Positions 18,259-30,016 of a stretch of DNA of 32,000 bases are shown here, piece after piece. The DNA is taken from assembly GCF_000400465.1 (NCBI RefSeq), contig NW_008806277.1, forward strand, positions 30,001-62,000, given 5' to 3'. Made by a program: the position numbers and the translations under genes. This stretch comes from Wallemia ichthyophaga EXF-994 (lineage: Eukaryota > Fungi > Basidiomycota). Within the stretch, counting starts at the first letter, position 1. Every line of letters starts with the position of its first letter. The notes beneath the pieces are model-generated. The model was not told the DNA's origin. It did not search any database and saw nothing but the letters and a program-made list of their open reading frames with translations.

Positions 18259-20907
18259 TCACTCTCCCTCACCCACGCCGTATCTCAAACAAGGTCCAGC
18301 GATGTTGACATTGTGGAACGCAGGGACTTGCGACTTTTTCCTGTGTATATGTTCCAATGTGCGTTTGAAGTGACTGACTACGTTGTGCACGGTGAGGTTA
18401 ACGTCAACGGTGGATGGTGCTTTCAATTCGACGCTGATAGGGTGGTTATCAACCGCGTCTACTTGGTCTATCTTGGTAGAAATGCACTCTACCACACCAT
18501 TAGCCGCATTACTAAGATTTGCAACGCTCTCCACGCCCGCCCCATCCTCGAGATACATGAGGTATGTGTCAAGGATATCCACATAAACTTGTGCGCTAGT
18601 GAGTGGATCGATGAGGTGGGATGCAATGTCGGCTGCTCTACCCAACACGCGTCCCAACTTATCTTCCTCATGGGTATATACACCGGAAGCCACCATGAGC
18701 GACTCGGCCTGGTGCGACTTCTTCACCATCTTCGCTGCGAGGTTGATCAATTTATCTGCGAGCGTCGCGTAGTCGTGTGCGTTCACCTCCAGCCTTTGCA
18801 GCGCCCGCGTCGCTTCTGCCACCAATCGCATCTGGTATTTGGAGCTGACGACCTGCTCCTCGACCAGCAGCAGTGCCTCGCTGAACAGCTCGTACGCCAC
18901 CGCACCCATCTCCTTCTCCTTCTCCTTCTCGGCTGTCGACGCCGCCGCGGCCGCGCGGATGAAAAGGCGTGCGCAGTCCTCGGGTGTATCTGCCAAGACG
19001 TGTAGGTGGAAAATAGACTGGTGGATGAAAGCAAACAGTGCATCGTGCGCATACGACCTGCTTAGCTGTATAGCGCGAGTGACGAGGGTGGGGAAAGTGA
19101 ACACGATGCGTCGCCCGCCCCTGCCCAGTTTCTCGCCCGTCTTTCTGAGCAGCGCGAATTGTGTAGGAGGGTCATCTGAGTGGAAGAGGTGGATGAGGCG
19201 CGCGAGTGAGCCTTGCTCGCTGGCCAGCTCCATATCCGATTCTGAATCTGTATCTGTTGCGTCGTGGGGCGCATCGCTGATAAGCACCGCGCATAGGTCG
19301 AGCAGGTCACCCACATCCTGCTCGTCGGACACGATTGTGTGGCTGTCGAGTAGCGCGCGGCAAATGTCCTGCGCGACACTCTTGCGTGAGTGGTATGGCT
19401 GCATGCGCAATAGCGGCGCGTAAGACGTCAAAGCGAGCAACGTCAACATACTCTTGTAACTCCCAATCGGCGCGCGCAGCAGCGCAAGCACATTCGTAAC
19501 CGTCGCAGGTGAGTGCTGTGGCACCTCATCTAGCTTCGCCTGCGTGAACGAGAGCACTTGGTCGACATATTCCAATCTGTCCGGGTAGCAGTTGAGCGAG
19601 AGAACAAGCAACGAGCCCAATAACGCAGTTATATCCTGCATAGATAGATCTGGACGTGTGTCTATCAGCCTCACTATCTGCTCCCAGAACATCTCGAATA
19701 GCTTAACAGAGTGTGGGATTCCGCGGTATTTCTCCACTTCTTCTTCTCGTCCTTTACCTTTACCTGAGGTCTTTTCTGAGGTGGCACTGCCATTCTTTTC
19801 ACCTTCACGCTTCGCCCTCACTTTTTCCTGCAACCGCTTCTCAATCTCGACATCCTGTTGCTTGAGATCTTCGGGCGACTGCTGCTCAGCCTCTCGCCTC
19901 GCATACTGTGAGAGGCGGTCAATGAGGGATATGACAATCTGCTTGATGTTGACGCGAGTATTGAGCTGCGACGCGGCTGTGAGAAAAGGCGTGAGAGTGT
20001 TGAGTTGAAATTCATCCGGGAACACTTGTATAACGACCTCCATGAGATACTCCTGCGCAATAACGTCACGACAGTTTACGACCTGCTCGAGTATGTTGGG
20101 GAGTATGACAGACTGATATGTGTGCAAGTCAAGTTCCTCGAGCTGCGAGAGACGCACGAGGTTGGTGCCGACAAGAATACGCAGCTCCTTCCTCTCCAAT
20201 TCCCTCCTTTCCCTGTCCCTCGAGTGGCCCTGGTGTTGCAGTCTAACCCAGAGTTTGTTCATCTCGATAAAGTTGGAAAGAATAAAAGCGATGCTGTCGT
20301 TGAGTGTCCCCTGGCTCTTATCGGTGGAGTTCAGAGTCACTGGTAGATAATCCCTCGTCTGGCCCGACAGGTAGTGTCTAAGGAACAGGCCGCGGATCGG
20401 ATGCTGTACCCCGCGAGACATTTCCATGATATCTTTGATTATCTCTCGGACGGGCGCGTCTGGAACAGACATGTACACTGAAGCCACAGTTATCATCAGG
20501 TAGAGTCTGGGGATGATGTTTGAAGCGTATTGCACCAACTCGTATAGATCAGCGAGGTGGTGCTTCGACGACATGTGTGCGTCGTATAAGTAGGTAGACA
20601 GAAAGCGGAGACTGTCGAATATTGACATGTACAGCTCGTAATAAGCTTTGGGGCCTAGAGAAGACGTTCGCAGCTCGGATAACATGGCAGAGGCAGATTT
20701 GAAAGCATCAATGAGCTCATCGCTGTCGAGGCATTTCTTCATTTGTATTTGGTGAGTCTGAGGTGTTGGCGTGGTGTTAGCCGTGAGCTCAGTGATGCGT
20801 GTCAGTTGACTCACTTTAACGGCACTCAAAGCCTCGATTAGTAGCTGCGTAGGGGATCAGCGTGGTCCCCGCGTGCTGTGTATATCTCCCACTTTGGGCT
20901 CATCCAT
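18259..20907 (-). CDS. VPS35: Retromer subunit Vps35
   Basis: MLSELRTSSLGPKAYYELYM, LYELVQYASNIIPRLYLMITV, GVQHPIRGLFLRHYL, NFIEMNKLWVRLQHQGHSRDRERRE. Two short 5' introns give the N-terminus MDEPKLLIEALSAVKTHQIQMKKCLD. Confidence 0.96.
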
Positions 20908-21323
20908 TTGATAGATGATGGTTGTTTGATAAAGAGAAGCAACGGCAGTGGATGTCGAAACGATAACTGACAGCAACAGCAGCAGCAGTGGCCCATTCAC
21001 TCTGCCCATCACACGTCTCCCCCCACTCCAAATCCGGTCACCCCGCTATAACCACCGTTAAGGAAAAAACGCGTAGATATTGCAAGATAAGGGTATGTAA
21101 TTAGTCAGCTGGATTCCCTGATTGCAGCAATACCAACCATCTCTTACATCTCAACTTTCCAAATATAGAAGTCAGAGTATTTTATGCACTGCCCGCGATT
21201 TCACATTTTGAACCAGAACACTCATCAAGTAAATTACAAAGGCGTTGCGTTGAGTTGACAACACGTGCCATAACATATAAAGCAGACACAACACAAAACA
21301 CATCGCACAAAGCACACAGCACA

Positions 21324-24065
21324 ATGTCCACTCCTTATTACCAAAGTGCTTATCAAGACAGCACGCCTGGACTAAACAACGCTCCTTACAGTGATGACCC
21401 AATGAGCAATGAGGGTTTCAAGTACGCTGGTGGTGGCGCTGCTTTCGGTGGCGCACAGGTCGCAGCACCAAAACCCTGGTACAAGAAGAAGAAATTCCTT
21501 GTGAGTTACGTTGATTTGGCGTTGATGGCTGGGGCTGGGGCTGTCGACGTGGCTGCGTTGATTCCATTTTTTATTTTAATATTCAATCCGCCAATGATTC
21601 TGGATTCCGACCCTGTTGGTTCCTTATCTTAATTTAAAAATAACAGCCACCGTCATCACCGTCATTATCCAATAGCCACAACATCCACTAACACATGAAA
21701 AATCAGATTGGTATCCCTGCAGTCATCGCTGCTATCATCATAGCCTGTGTCGTTGGCGGTGTCGTCGGCTCTCGCAACGACGATGACAATAGCAACTCAA
21801 ACGCCAACAACGCAGCTCAACCTTCCCCTTCAGACGCTGCTCAATCTAAATTATCAAGCGGCAGATTCTCAACAGACACCAATGATGCTGGTGTTCCTAT
21901 CTACGGTAACAATGGTGTAAGCACTGCACAGCCTCTTTTCGTGCAAATTTTGACATATCTCAGACAAACTCAAAGCTTTTCCAAGCTCCTACCTTCCTCA
22001 GTGATCAAGATGACGAACTCAATCTTCCAACTTGCGACGAAAGCCCTCCTTCTTTCGACGGCGATGGTATTCAAGTCACCACTGACAGACCTCGTATTGG
22101 TGGTGTTGCTGGTCGCTGGGAATGCCTTAAAGACATGATCGACGCCGATGCATACATGAGCTATTGGAATCAGTCTATTTTCGATGAAGCTCAGCACTTC
22201 CTTGACACTCCAGCCCCAGCTTGGATCCCAGATGGTGGTTTAACTGGTTCTGGTGTACTCGACCAAGCTCGTGAATGTCAAATGGCTGTCAAGTCCTTGT
22301 CTTACGCGTATCGTATGACCAAAGACGATAAGTACAAGGATGGTGTTTGGGACCGTCTTCAAGTTATTGGTGGTGTCAAAGAAACTCCAGCAGGTACCGA
22401 TGAAGATTCCAAAACATACGGTTCTGGAACTGAAGGTGAAACCAACAACTGGAATCCAAAGCACTTCCTTGATACGGCTGAATTCATGAACTCTTTCGCC
22501 ATTGGTTACGATTGGCTCTACGACTCATGGTCCCAAGATGAGAAGGATTGGATCCGTGACACTCTCGTCACCTACGGTCTCAACCACTCTCAAGCTGAAA
22601 ACAACTACTGGTGGAGAAGTGAATCGGGTAACTGGAACTGTGTCTGTAACGGTGGTATGATTAACTCTGCTCTCTCCATCTGGGAAGATGACACTTCTGG
22701 TCTCGCTGAGCAGATACTCAACGAAGCTCTTGAAAACGCAAAGTCGAACTGTGTTTATGGTGCTCGCGAAGACGGTACATGGACCGAAACTTCCGACTAC
22801 TGGTACTTTGGTACCACTGGTTGGTCATTAGCCACATCCTCATTGATCGCTTCAACCGGTAATGAACAAGGAATGCTCACCACCAATCCAAACTTTTACA
22901 AGACTGCTGATTTCCATATGTACAACTTTGGTAACCAAGCTAAATTCGACTACGGTGACACTGGTCCAAACAAGTACACCGCCACCGCCAACGCTTTGGT
23001 CTTACTCGGTAGAGAAACTAAAACACCTGAATACATGCTCTACCAACGTGATCGCGCTGACGCTACTGACGCTTTCAACATGTTATGGTACGACCCTCAT
23101 GTAGCAGGTGCATGGTGGAACAACATGCCATTGGACAGATACTTTGACGACTCCCACACTCAATGGGCTTCATTCCGTTCTTCATGGACCGACAACAAGG
23201 GTCTTTTCGCAGCAATTAAAGCGGGTAACACGAGTGGTCACCAAACACACGGTGATCTTGATGTCGGTGACTTTGTCATTGATGCTCTCGGTCAGCGCTG
23301 GGCTGGTGAATTGGGTGCAGCCAACTACCTCGGTGAAAACTACTTCAACTCTGAAGCCCAAGATGCAGAGAGATGGCAATGGTACAGAAAGGGCACTGAA
23401 GGTCAAAATGTTTTGTTGTACAACAACACAAACTCAAACGCAGGTGTTGCTTCAGATGCTGCTTTCGGCACTTCAAACACTACTCAAGGTGCAACAATGG
23501 ATATTGACATTGATGATGACTCGACTGGTTTCTACACATCCGATATCACCAGCTCCTACTACGGTAACTCAGTCAAGCGTGGTTTAAGACTCCTTAACAA
23601 GCGTCGTCAAATCTTGCTTCAAGATGACATTGACACAGACGCGCAAATGCAATGGAGAATTCAAACTAACGCTACTATCTCGCTTAACGGTCAATCAGCT
23701 GATTTAGAATTGAATGGTGAAAAGATGACAGTCAGAATCACTAATCCTTCCTATACCGACCTTGAATTCGGCCAAGAGAAAGCTGAGCCAGATTCTTCAG
23801 ATGAACTTCCCGAAAACGGTGAAGGTGAAAATGCTGCTATTCCAAACGTCGACTCGCACGGTAATGAGACTAACGTAGGTGTTGATGTCTTATAATCTTC
23901 TTATCATTAACATCATCTCAGGTCCTTACTATCGATATCCCTGCCGGTTCTTACAGCTTACAAATCTCGTTCGAACCACAATGGGACGGCATGTCATCGG
24001 ATGACTTCCAAACCCCAAAGAATGTTGCTATCGACGATTGGTCGTTGAGGTCTCACGATGCATAA
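21324..24065 (+). CDS. Type II membrane protein with heparinase II/III-like (alginate-lyase-like toroid) ectodomain
   Basis: KPWYKKKKFL then TM IGIPAVIAAIIIACVVGGVVG. Motifs HFLDTAEF, NWNCVCNGG, ETSDYWYFG, GHQTHGDLDVGDFVIDALGQRWAGELG, YRKGTEGQNVL. Introns 21501-21706, 21917-21963 and one near 23875-23921. Family assignment is from motif memory. Confidence 0.75.
21501..21706 (+). other. Unusually long (206-nt) intron with nested inverted repeats
   Basis: GTGAGT donor, CTAAC branch 21688-21692, CAG acceptor at 21706. Three nested complementary arm pairs (see findings). Confidence 0.7.
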
Positions 24066-24187
24066 CCGGCGTCTCTTTTTCAATTCTGCAATATACACAC
24101 TCTCGTTTTATAACATTTTGATTATATCAATTTCAATCTTGTGAATAGAAGATTTCGAACAATGACAATGATACATTTCTTCGACGT

Positions 24188-27100
24188 CTACACGAGTAGT
24201 TTGAGCAATGCGACTGTCTTCCAGTTGTCTTGGTCCGTTGGATCAATGTGCAGTGCACGTTGAGCATCTTTCAATGCCTCCTCTGCCATTCCTCCGTCAG
24301 CTTTAGCCAGAGCTTGCAAGGCGACATTGCTAGCGTTTAATCTGGTCGCAATGCTGTCGTCGGCCAATGCTACGTTCACACCCAGATCTTTCTTGTCGGT
24401 TGCTAGTAGCAGCTTGGAGAGGTCCCTCTTGAGGTCTTGAGCGTATGGCTCGAAGGATAACTGCTTAGTGAGCATTCTGATTGTTGAGAGTGTGTCTCCC
24501 TGTGTAAATGTTAGCGTAGCATCTCATTAATCATCTCACCTACGCTCATCAAAGTATTCTGAACGAGCAGCTTGTGCACACCCCTGTGCTTATCAATCTC
24601 GCTGCGCTTGTCAATGGGCATAGACAGGATTTCAGACAATGCAGCATCGAGCAGCCCACCGTCGTGTGTGAGTATACCTATAGCTGCGAGGGTGGAGATA
24701 GCAGGGAGATACTCGCTATCAATTTCCACACACTCCAATAACACAGACGTAGCCGAGTCTCTGTCGCCCTTACACCACAAGAGCTGCGCGAGAAGCACAC
24801 CAGCATCGACATGTTTAAACTCGTCGAAAGCATCTTTGATGGGTGTGTGCGACGAGTCGCTATAATACCCAGCCAGTCCCAAGCCAAGCATAGCTGACAG
24901 CTTCATATCTTTTTCCTCCTCTTCGACCAGACTAAGAGAGATATTGAATGCTTCTATTGCGCCACCATACTCTTCCAACGCGAGTCGGATCCTGCCTAGC
25001 GAAACATTTGCAAGGGCGTAATTCCTCTCAGTTTCAGCACTCTCGCTATCTTCATACGCAGCCTCGAGGAGCTCGACACAACGCTCTATCTGTGCTCGTG
25101 CTACGTCGTGCTGTCCTAGGCGCTCACTGACAAGGGCGTGCAGATGCAGTCCGGCGCAGTCATTCGGACTGTCCTCTGTGAACCTCTGCATCGCGTAGTT
25201 TTGACGATGCATTTCGGAGCTTTCCGCTGCCTTGTTGTGAGCAAATGCGAATCCAAAGTTGCTCTCAAGCTGTTTTTGGCATGGTTAGCTTGAGTTTAGT
25301 GAAAGAAAAGTACACTAGAATACGAACCTCTGAGCCGCCTGATATAGTAAACGAGTGCTCGTACAGCATCCTGGCATCCTCGTGTCGACCTTCCGATGTC
25401 GCGAGGATGGATAACCCAACCCATGCATACACATAGTCTGGATCAACTGTCTGGGATTTCTTGAGTGCATATCCAGCCAGCTCGGCATCCTTCTGTGCTA
25501 TATACAAGAAACCTAAGTTGGTCCAGTATGTGGGGTTACGTCCATCGATCTCAATGGCTTTGATGTACGAGTGCTGAGCAAGTCGCGCATCACTCTCGAA
25601 TACAAGATTGCCTAGCGCGTTCCAATAGTCATCATTGCCAGGCTCAGAGCGTAGAGCGTTCCTTACTGCCGCAATTGACAGCTTGGACGTATCCTTTTTA
25701 ACATCTGCCTCTGACTTCAATGAGCTTTGTTTAGAAAGCTCCTCAAGAACGATAGCGAGATCATACCACGATGACCCCACGCTATCTGGTCTGCCGAAAT
25801 CCAAAGTGATTGCAAATTCGCTGGTGAGTATTGCCACCATAACACAGGCTCTGTTGATTGAGCTTCGCGTGTTGATCGTGTTGCTGATCCTACCCAAGTC
25901 GATTATATCTTTGCTATGAAATTTCCCTAAGATATCTTCCTCCTTCACTACGCTAACTATAGTCTCGACAGCTTCACTGAGATCTGAACGCACATCCAAA
26001 GCGGCCAGCTTAGCCAATCCATAGAAAGCATCACTAAAAACCTTCCACGCTACCCTCAAATACTTCTCTTGGTGAACAAGAGTAAGGGCATGTTTAACTG
26101 ACTCAATGTAGCTCTCGACGGCTCGGCCTTTGAAGCCGCTCATTGTCTCATAACGTGCTTGTGAAATATATGATTGAGACAATGCAACCACAATCGCGAG
26201 GTTGTTTTTATCGTAGATAGACTTTAAAGTCTCAATAGCCGATGCGTGGAATCCCATCAAACGCAAGACGTCAGCAGTAGCATAAAGAGCTAGCCAGTTA
26301 TCTGCACTATTATCCAGTTCCCTACTCTTACCGAAAGTTTTTAGAGCAGCAGAATGACGTCCGGCAGCTGCATAGCTCTCACCAAGACGCAACCAGCTCG
26401 ACATATCGGCAGTATTTGCACGCAAAGCGATCTGGAATGCTTCAATAGCAGCACCATAGTTATTTCTGTTGAGTTCAACCACACCAATAGCTTTCCATGC
26501 CCAGGCGTTTCTACTGAGATATCTACCTTTAACCAATTCTTCGACTGTGCTACCTTCACCTTCGACGGTCCTCCTGGCTACAATTTCCACTAAATCCCAT
26601 TCCTTTTCATCTGCGAAACCATCAGCTAACCATCTCGCTGCTTCTGTTTCGCGGCTATCCAACTCGAATGCCTTTTGGAAACACTTGGACGCGCGTACGA
26701 CATCGATTGGTTGAGCTACCTGTAAATAGTATAGACCAAGGTACGTGAAAGATGGTGCATATTTGTTGACGTGTTTGATTGATTGTATGAAGAGTGAGTA
26801 GGAGCTCATCTTCTCCTGTCCACCTTGCTCCCAAAGACATTTGCCTAGCTTGAAATAGCATCTTGCTTGGTGGGTTGCGACGTTCTCCATATCATCTCTC
26901 TTAGAAAGCTCATCCAACACCTCCTCTAGCCCAGCTTTTCCGCTTGCGTAATCAGATTGCATCACATAGCACCAACTGTGCTCCTCTTTCGCAATAAGGT
27001 TGGCGGGATCGATGGTAATAATCCTTTGGAATACTTCCCTCGCTTGTTCCCACTTGCCGCCATACTCCATACAGGTTCCTTGAGCAGTTAGAATGTCAAC

Positions 27101-28608
27101 GTCTTGAGGGCGCAGGTTGAGAACGTTGTAGATATGCCCCATTGCTCTCATGTGATGCTTGGGAGGGAAATTATAAGTGAATGAGATTGCAAGTGTGCGT
27201 TCAAAAGCCAAATTGTGCAAGTCGTACGTTAGACTACTGTCTTTAGCGAGTACAGTACAAAGATCAAGACCTGCATCTGAGACAGCTGAAGCGTCTTCAA
27301 ATTGCTTCTCAGTCTCGTAAACAAAGCTGAGTACTCTATGAGTGAAGAGAGAGCTGTTGTTTGATTCAATACCATCAATAATTGCGTTGAGTGCCATGTC
27401 CTTTGGCATGATAGGCGTTGGATCATCTTCCAATCTGAAAGAAGGAAGATAAGCAAATAAGCCATTTATGACGCCGCAAAGAGGGTGATCTGGGAATAAT
27501 GCTTGGAAGCGTCTGAGCAGGATTGCATTGTATTCATTGAGATGTTCAACATTGCACCACTCAATTATTGTAGTCCACGCTAACAAATTGGGGACATTTA
27601 TTGTCACCATTCCTGTTGCCATAGTCATGACTTGGTGGATAAGTTGTTGCTTGAGATCTGCTTCCTTGAGGGATGTGGCTAAGAGATGGTCATGTTTGAA
27701 TTTGAAGAGGGCTGCTTCGATGTCACGCCTCAGTTCGTCGGATGTGAGTGGATGATTTAGTATTTCCAAGTAAAGGGGCTCTAACTTGCTGTCTTTTGAA
27801 GATTCAGATATCAAGTTCTTCTCAATAATATCCCTTTTTGGCGCGCCCAAGCGAGTTCTCCTTTTTTCCATCTCAGACCACCTCCACTGAGACATGTTTG
27901 AGAGGTGTATGTCCTTCAACTGAATAAGAATTGGCAATGAATCGTAAATAGCGCATTGTGATTCGTAAGTAGTGGTAAGGAGAGGCTGGGTATGATCTGG
28001 TGGTGGTAGAGTGGTCAACAAGTCGTAATATTTTGAGCCAGGCAAGTACCAATGGAGGCATTCTGTCAAATCGTCGATGTTGTTGAGTTGCTTGTGAAGC
28101 TGCAATAGCTTTTGAATAGTCTCAGCTAATTTCGTAGCGTCTGAGCTGTGGTAAGTGTGGGTGAGAGGACTGTCTTTTCTTTAGTGAAAATCAACGCACG
28201 CGTCGTGGAACAACTCAAGCAATTCAAACAGAGTCTTTATGAGTCTATTCCAGTTTTCACATTTCTCATAAAAGCTGGCCAAGCCCTTTGAGAAAGGGTT
28301 AGATTTTGTGGATGAGTGAGTGAATGGCTCACCCTCCAAGCGAGTAATTGAGTTGGATTTGATTCGATAGCTCTCCTATAAGCCTTTGATAGGAGTTGTG
28401 AGTATTATTCTGTTGATTCTACCTATATAACAACCTTCTCTGCACCGATTTCGTCACCCAAATTTAGCAGAGCTAAACCGTGGAAGACGTTGGCATTGTA
28501 ATTGAAAGGCTCAAATGTAAGAATTCCTTCTACCGATATCTTTGCCTTATCAAAGTCCTTAGCATCCAAAGACTCTTTTGCTGATTTCAATTTGGCCTTT
28601 GATGACAT
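24188..28608 (-). CDS. SKI3: Superkiller complex TPR subunit Ski3 (TTC37)
   Basis: MSSKAKLKSAKESLDAKDF...NYNANVFHGLALLNL, AYRRAIESNPTQLLAWRGLASFYE, FPPKHH, YAPSFTYLGLYY, RASKCFQKAFELD, AWKAIG and many TPRs. Five introns inferred. Confidence 0.92.
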
Positions 28609-28624
28609 AGCTTGAACAAGGACA

Positions 28625-29527
28625 ATGAGGCGGGCAATTGGTGCATTTGGTGCACTTGACAGGATGAGAACGCGCATCTGTAGAAGTCATAAATTTCACT
28701 CCACGGCTTCAACAGGTTCTTCAAACGGATCAGACGCATCAGATTCTTCAGACTCAACGTGGAAGACAATTTTCAGTACACTAGAGAACGATTCCACTTC
28801 ACTTGATAGGCAAGAAATACGCAATTTGAAGCCTAGTGATACACTCCCACCCCTTATCGGAAATCGCAGGCAGCTTTCAAACAAGAAGACTAACATAACT
28901 GCACAAGAATCTGAAATATTTGAAGATATTCTCAATCTTCTATTCCAGCATTCACCTAATCAACATCAATCGATCGATAAGCGCAAGTTGCCTAAGCGTC
29001 CACGACTCAAACAATCTGATACAGATCTTCTACTCGATAAGTCAAGGGAGGAGCTACTAAGCTGTAGTAACCCCGTTGAGCTATTTAATTGGTCAAAACT
29101 CAACGTTTTAGACGTCGATCCAACGAGTCCCACTCTCCCTTATCTCCTCACTGACCTCATGGTTGTCTTCAGGGATACTTACAATAACCCACATCTCTCC
29201 TTGTCCATATTTAAATACGTTAAGAACAGAGGCGTATACCATTATGTTCTCGGATGCACTACTCCCGCGTATAATGAACTTATAGCGACGAAATGGGCAT
29301 CATTTGCAGATATTAATGGTGTCAGGGATATTCTCGAAGAAATGCTTACGAATGGCGTGAAGCGTGATGCTCGTACAGAGCAATTAGTTGAAGATATACG
29401 CAATGACGTCATGAAGCAACATAACAACGATATCGACGAACAACTTGCAGCGACGCTTCTCAGGATGGAGTATACGTCGTCTAAACCTTTGAAACCTTCG
29501 GAGAAATCGTCTTCCCGGTACATGTAA
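28625..29527 (+). CDS. Mitochondrial protein, Mtf2-like C-terminal helical domain
   Basis: Presequence MRRAIGAFGALDRMRTRICRSHKFHSTAS. C-terminus HLSLSIFKYVK...YVLGCTTPAYNELIATKWASFADINGVRDILEEMLTNGV. Confidence 0.6.
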   Translation: MRRAIGAFGALDRMRTRICRSHKFHSTASTGSSNGSDASDSSDSTWKTIFSTLENDSTSLDRQEIRNLKPSDTLPPLIGNRRQLSNKKTNITAQESEIFEDILNLLFQHSPNQHQSIDKRKLPKRPRLKQSDTDLLLDKSREELLSCSNPVELFNWSKLNVLDVDPTSPTLPYLLTDLMVVFRDTYNNPHLSLSIFKYVKNRGVYHYVLGCTTPAYNELIATKWASFADINGVRDILEEMLTNGVKRDARTEQLVEDIRNDVMKQHNNDIDEQLAATLLRMEYTSSKPLKPSEKSSSRYM

Positions 29528-29606
29528 CATTATTGTAAGATTCATCACAAGACATTTGAGTCAAATGCACCTGTGTGAAATATTAGTGCTTTATCACACA
29601 ACAACC

Positions 29607-29975
29607 ATGTTCAAAGGAGCAAGATTAGTTAACTCATGCGCACTCAGATGCAGCACTCGTAGATACGTAATGACCCAAGACGGGGCAACTGCGAAAGCTG
29701 TGCAGTGGAAAGAGCGTGAACAGGCACTAGAGAAGGCTTACATTGCCACAAGAGATACTGAAAACCTCCTCAAGTTGAAAAACAGTCTTGAGAAGAGCAT
29801 CGAACACATCGACAGTCACTTAAACGCACCGCCCGAGAAGGTACAGAAATCAACTCTTACAAACTCACTAGAGAGTGAGCAAGACCGCACAGCTCAGATT
29901 GATTCACTTGAGAAAGAGCTCGAACTCATTTCCAAGCGCTTGGCTTCGTTGGAAGCGGGCTCAAGACATATTTGA
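29607..29975 (+). CDS. Mitochondrial ATPase inhibitor (IF1/Inh1)-like protein with extended coiled coil
   Basis: CAACCATG start and presequence, then GATAKAVQWKEREQALEKAYIATRDTENLLKLKNSL, resembling the IF1 G...(F/W)-RE-A-E--Y...E-L--LK core. Confidence 0.65.
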   Translation: MFKGARLVNSCALRCSTRRYVMTQDGATAKAVQWKEREQALEKAYIATRDTENLLKLKNSLEKSIEHIDSHLNAPPEKVQKSTLTNSLESEQDRTAQIDSLEKELELISKRLASLEAGSRHI

Positions 29976-30016
29976 GTTTTTGACTGCTATCACGAATAAA
30001 TAAACCGATACAAACA

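Noticed and set aside
21069-21074. ACGCGT (MCB-like) site between VPS35 and the lyase-like gene
   Set aside because: A single 6-mer expected by chance; the flanking genes are not typical G1/S targets.
28270-28435. AAG 3' splice sites in SKI3 introns 1 and 2
   Set aside because: AAG acceptors are a known minor class in fungi; not novel.
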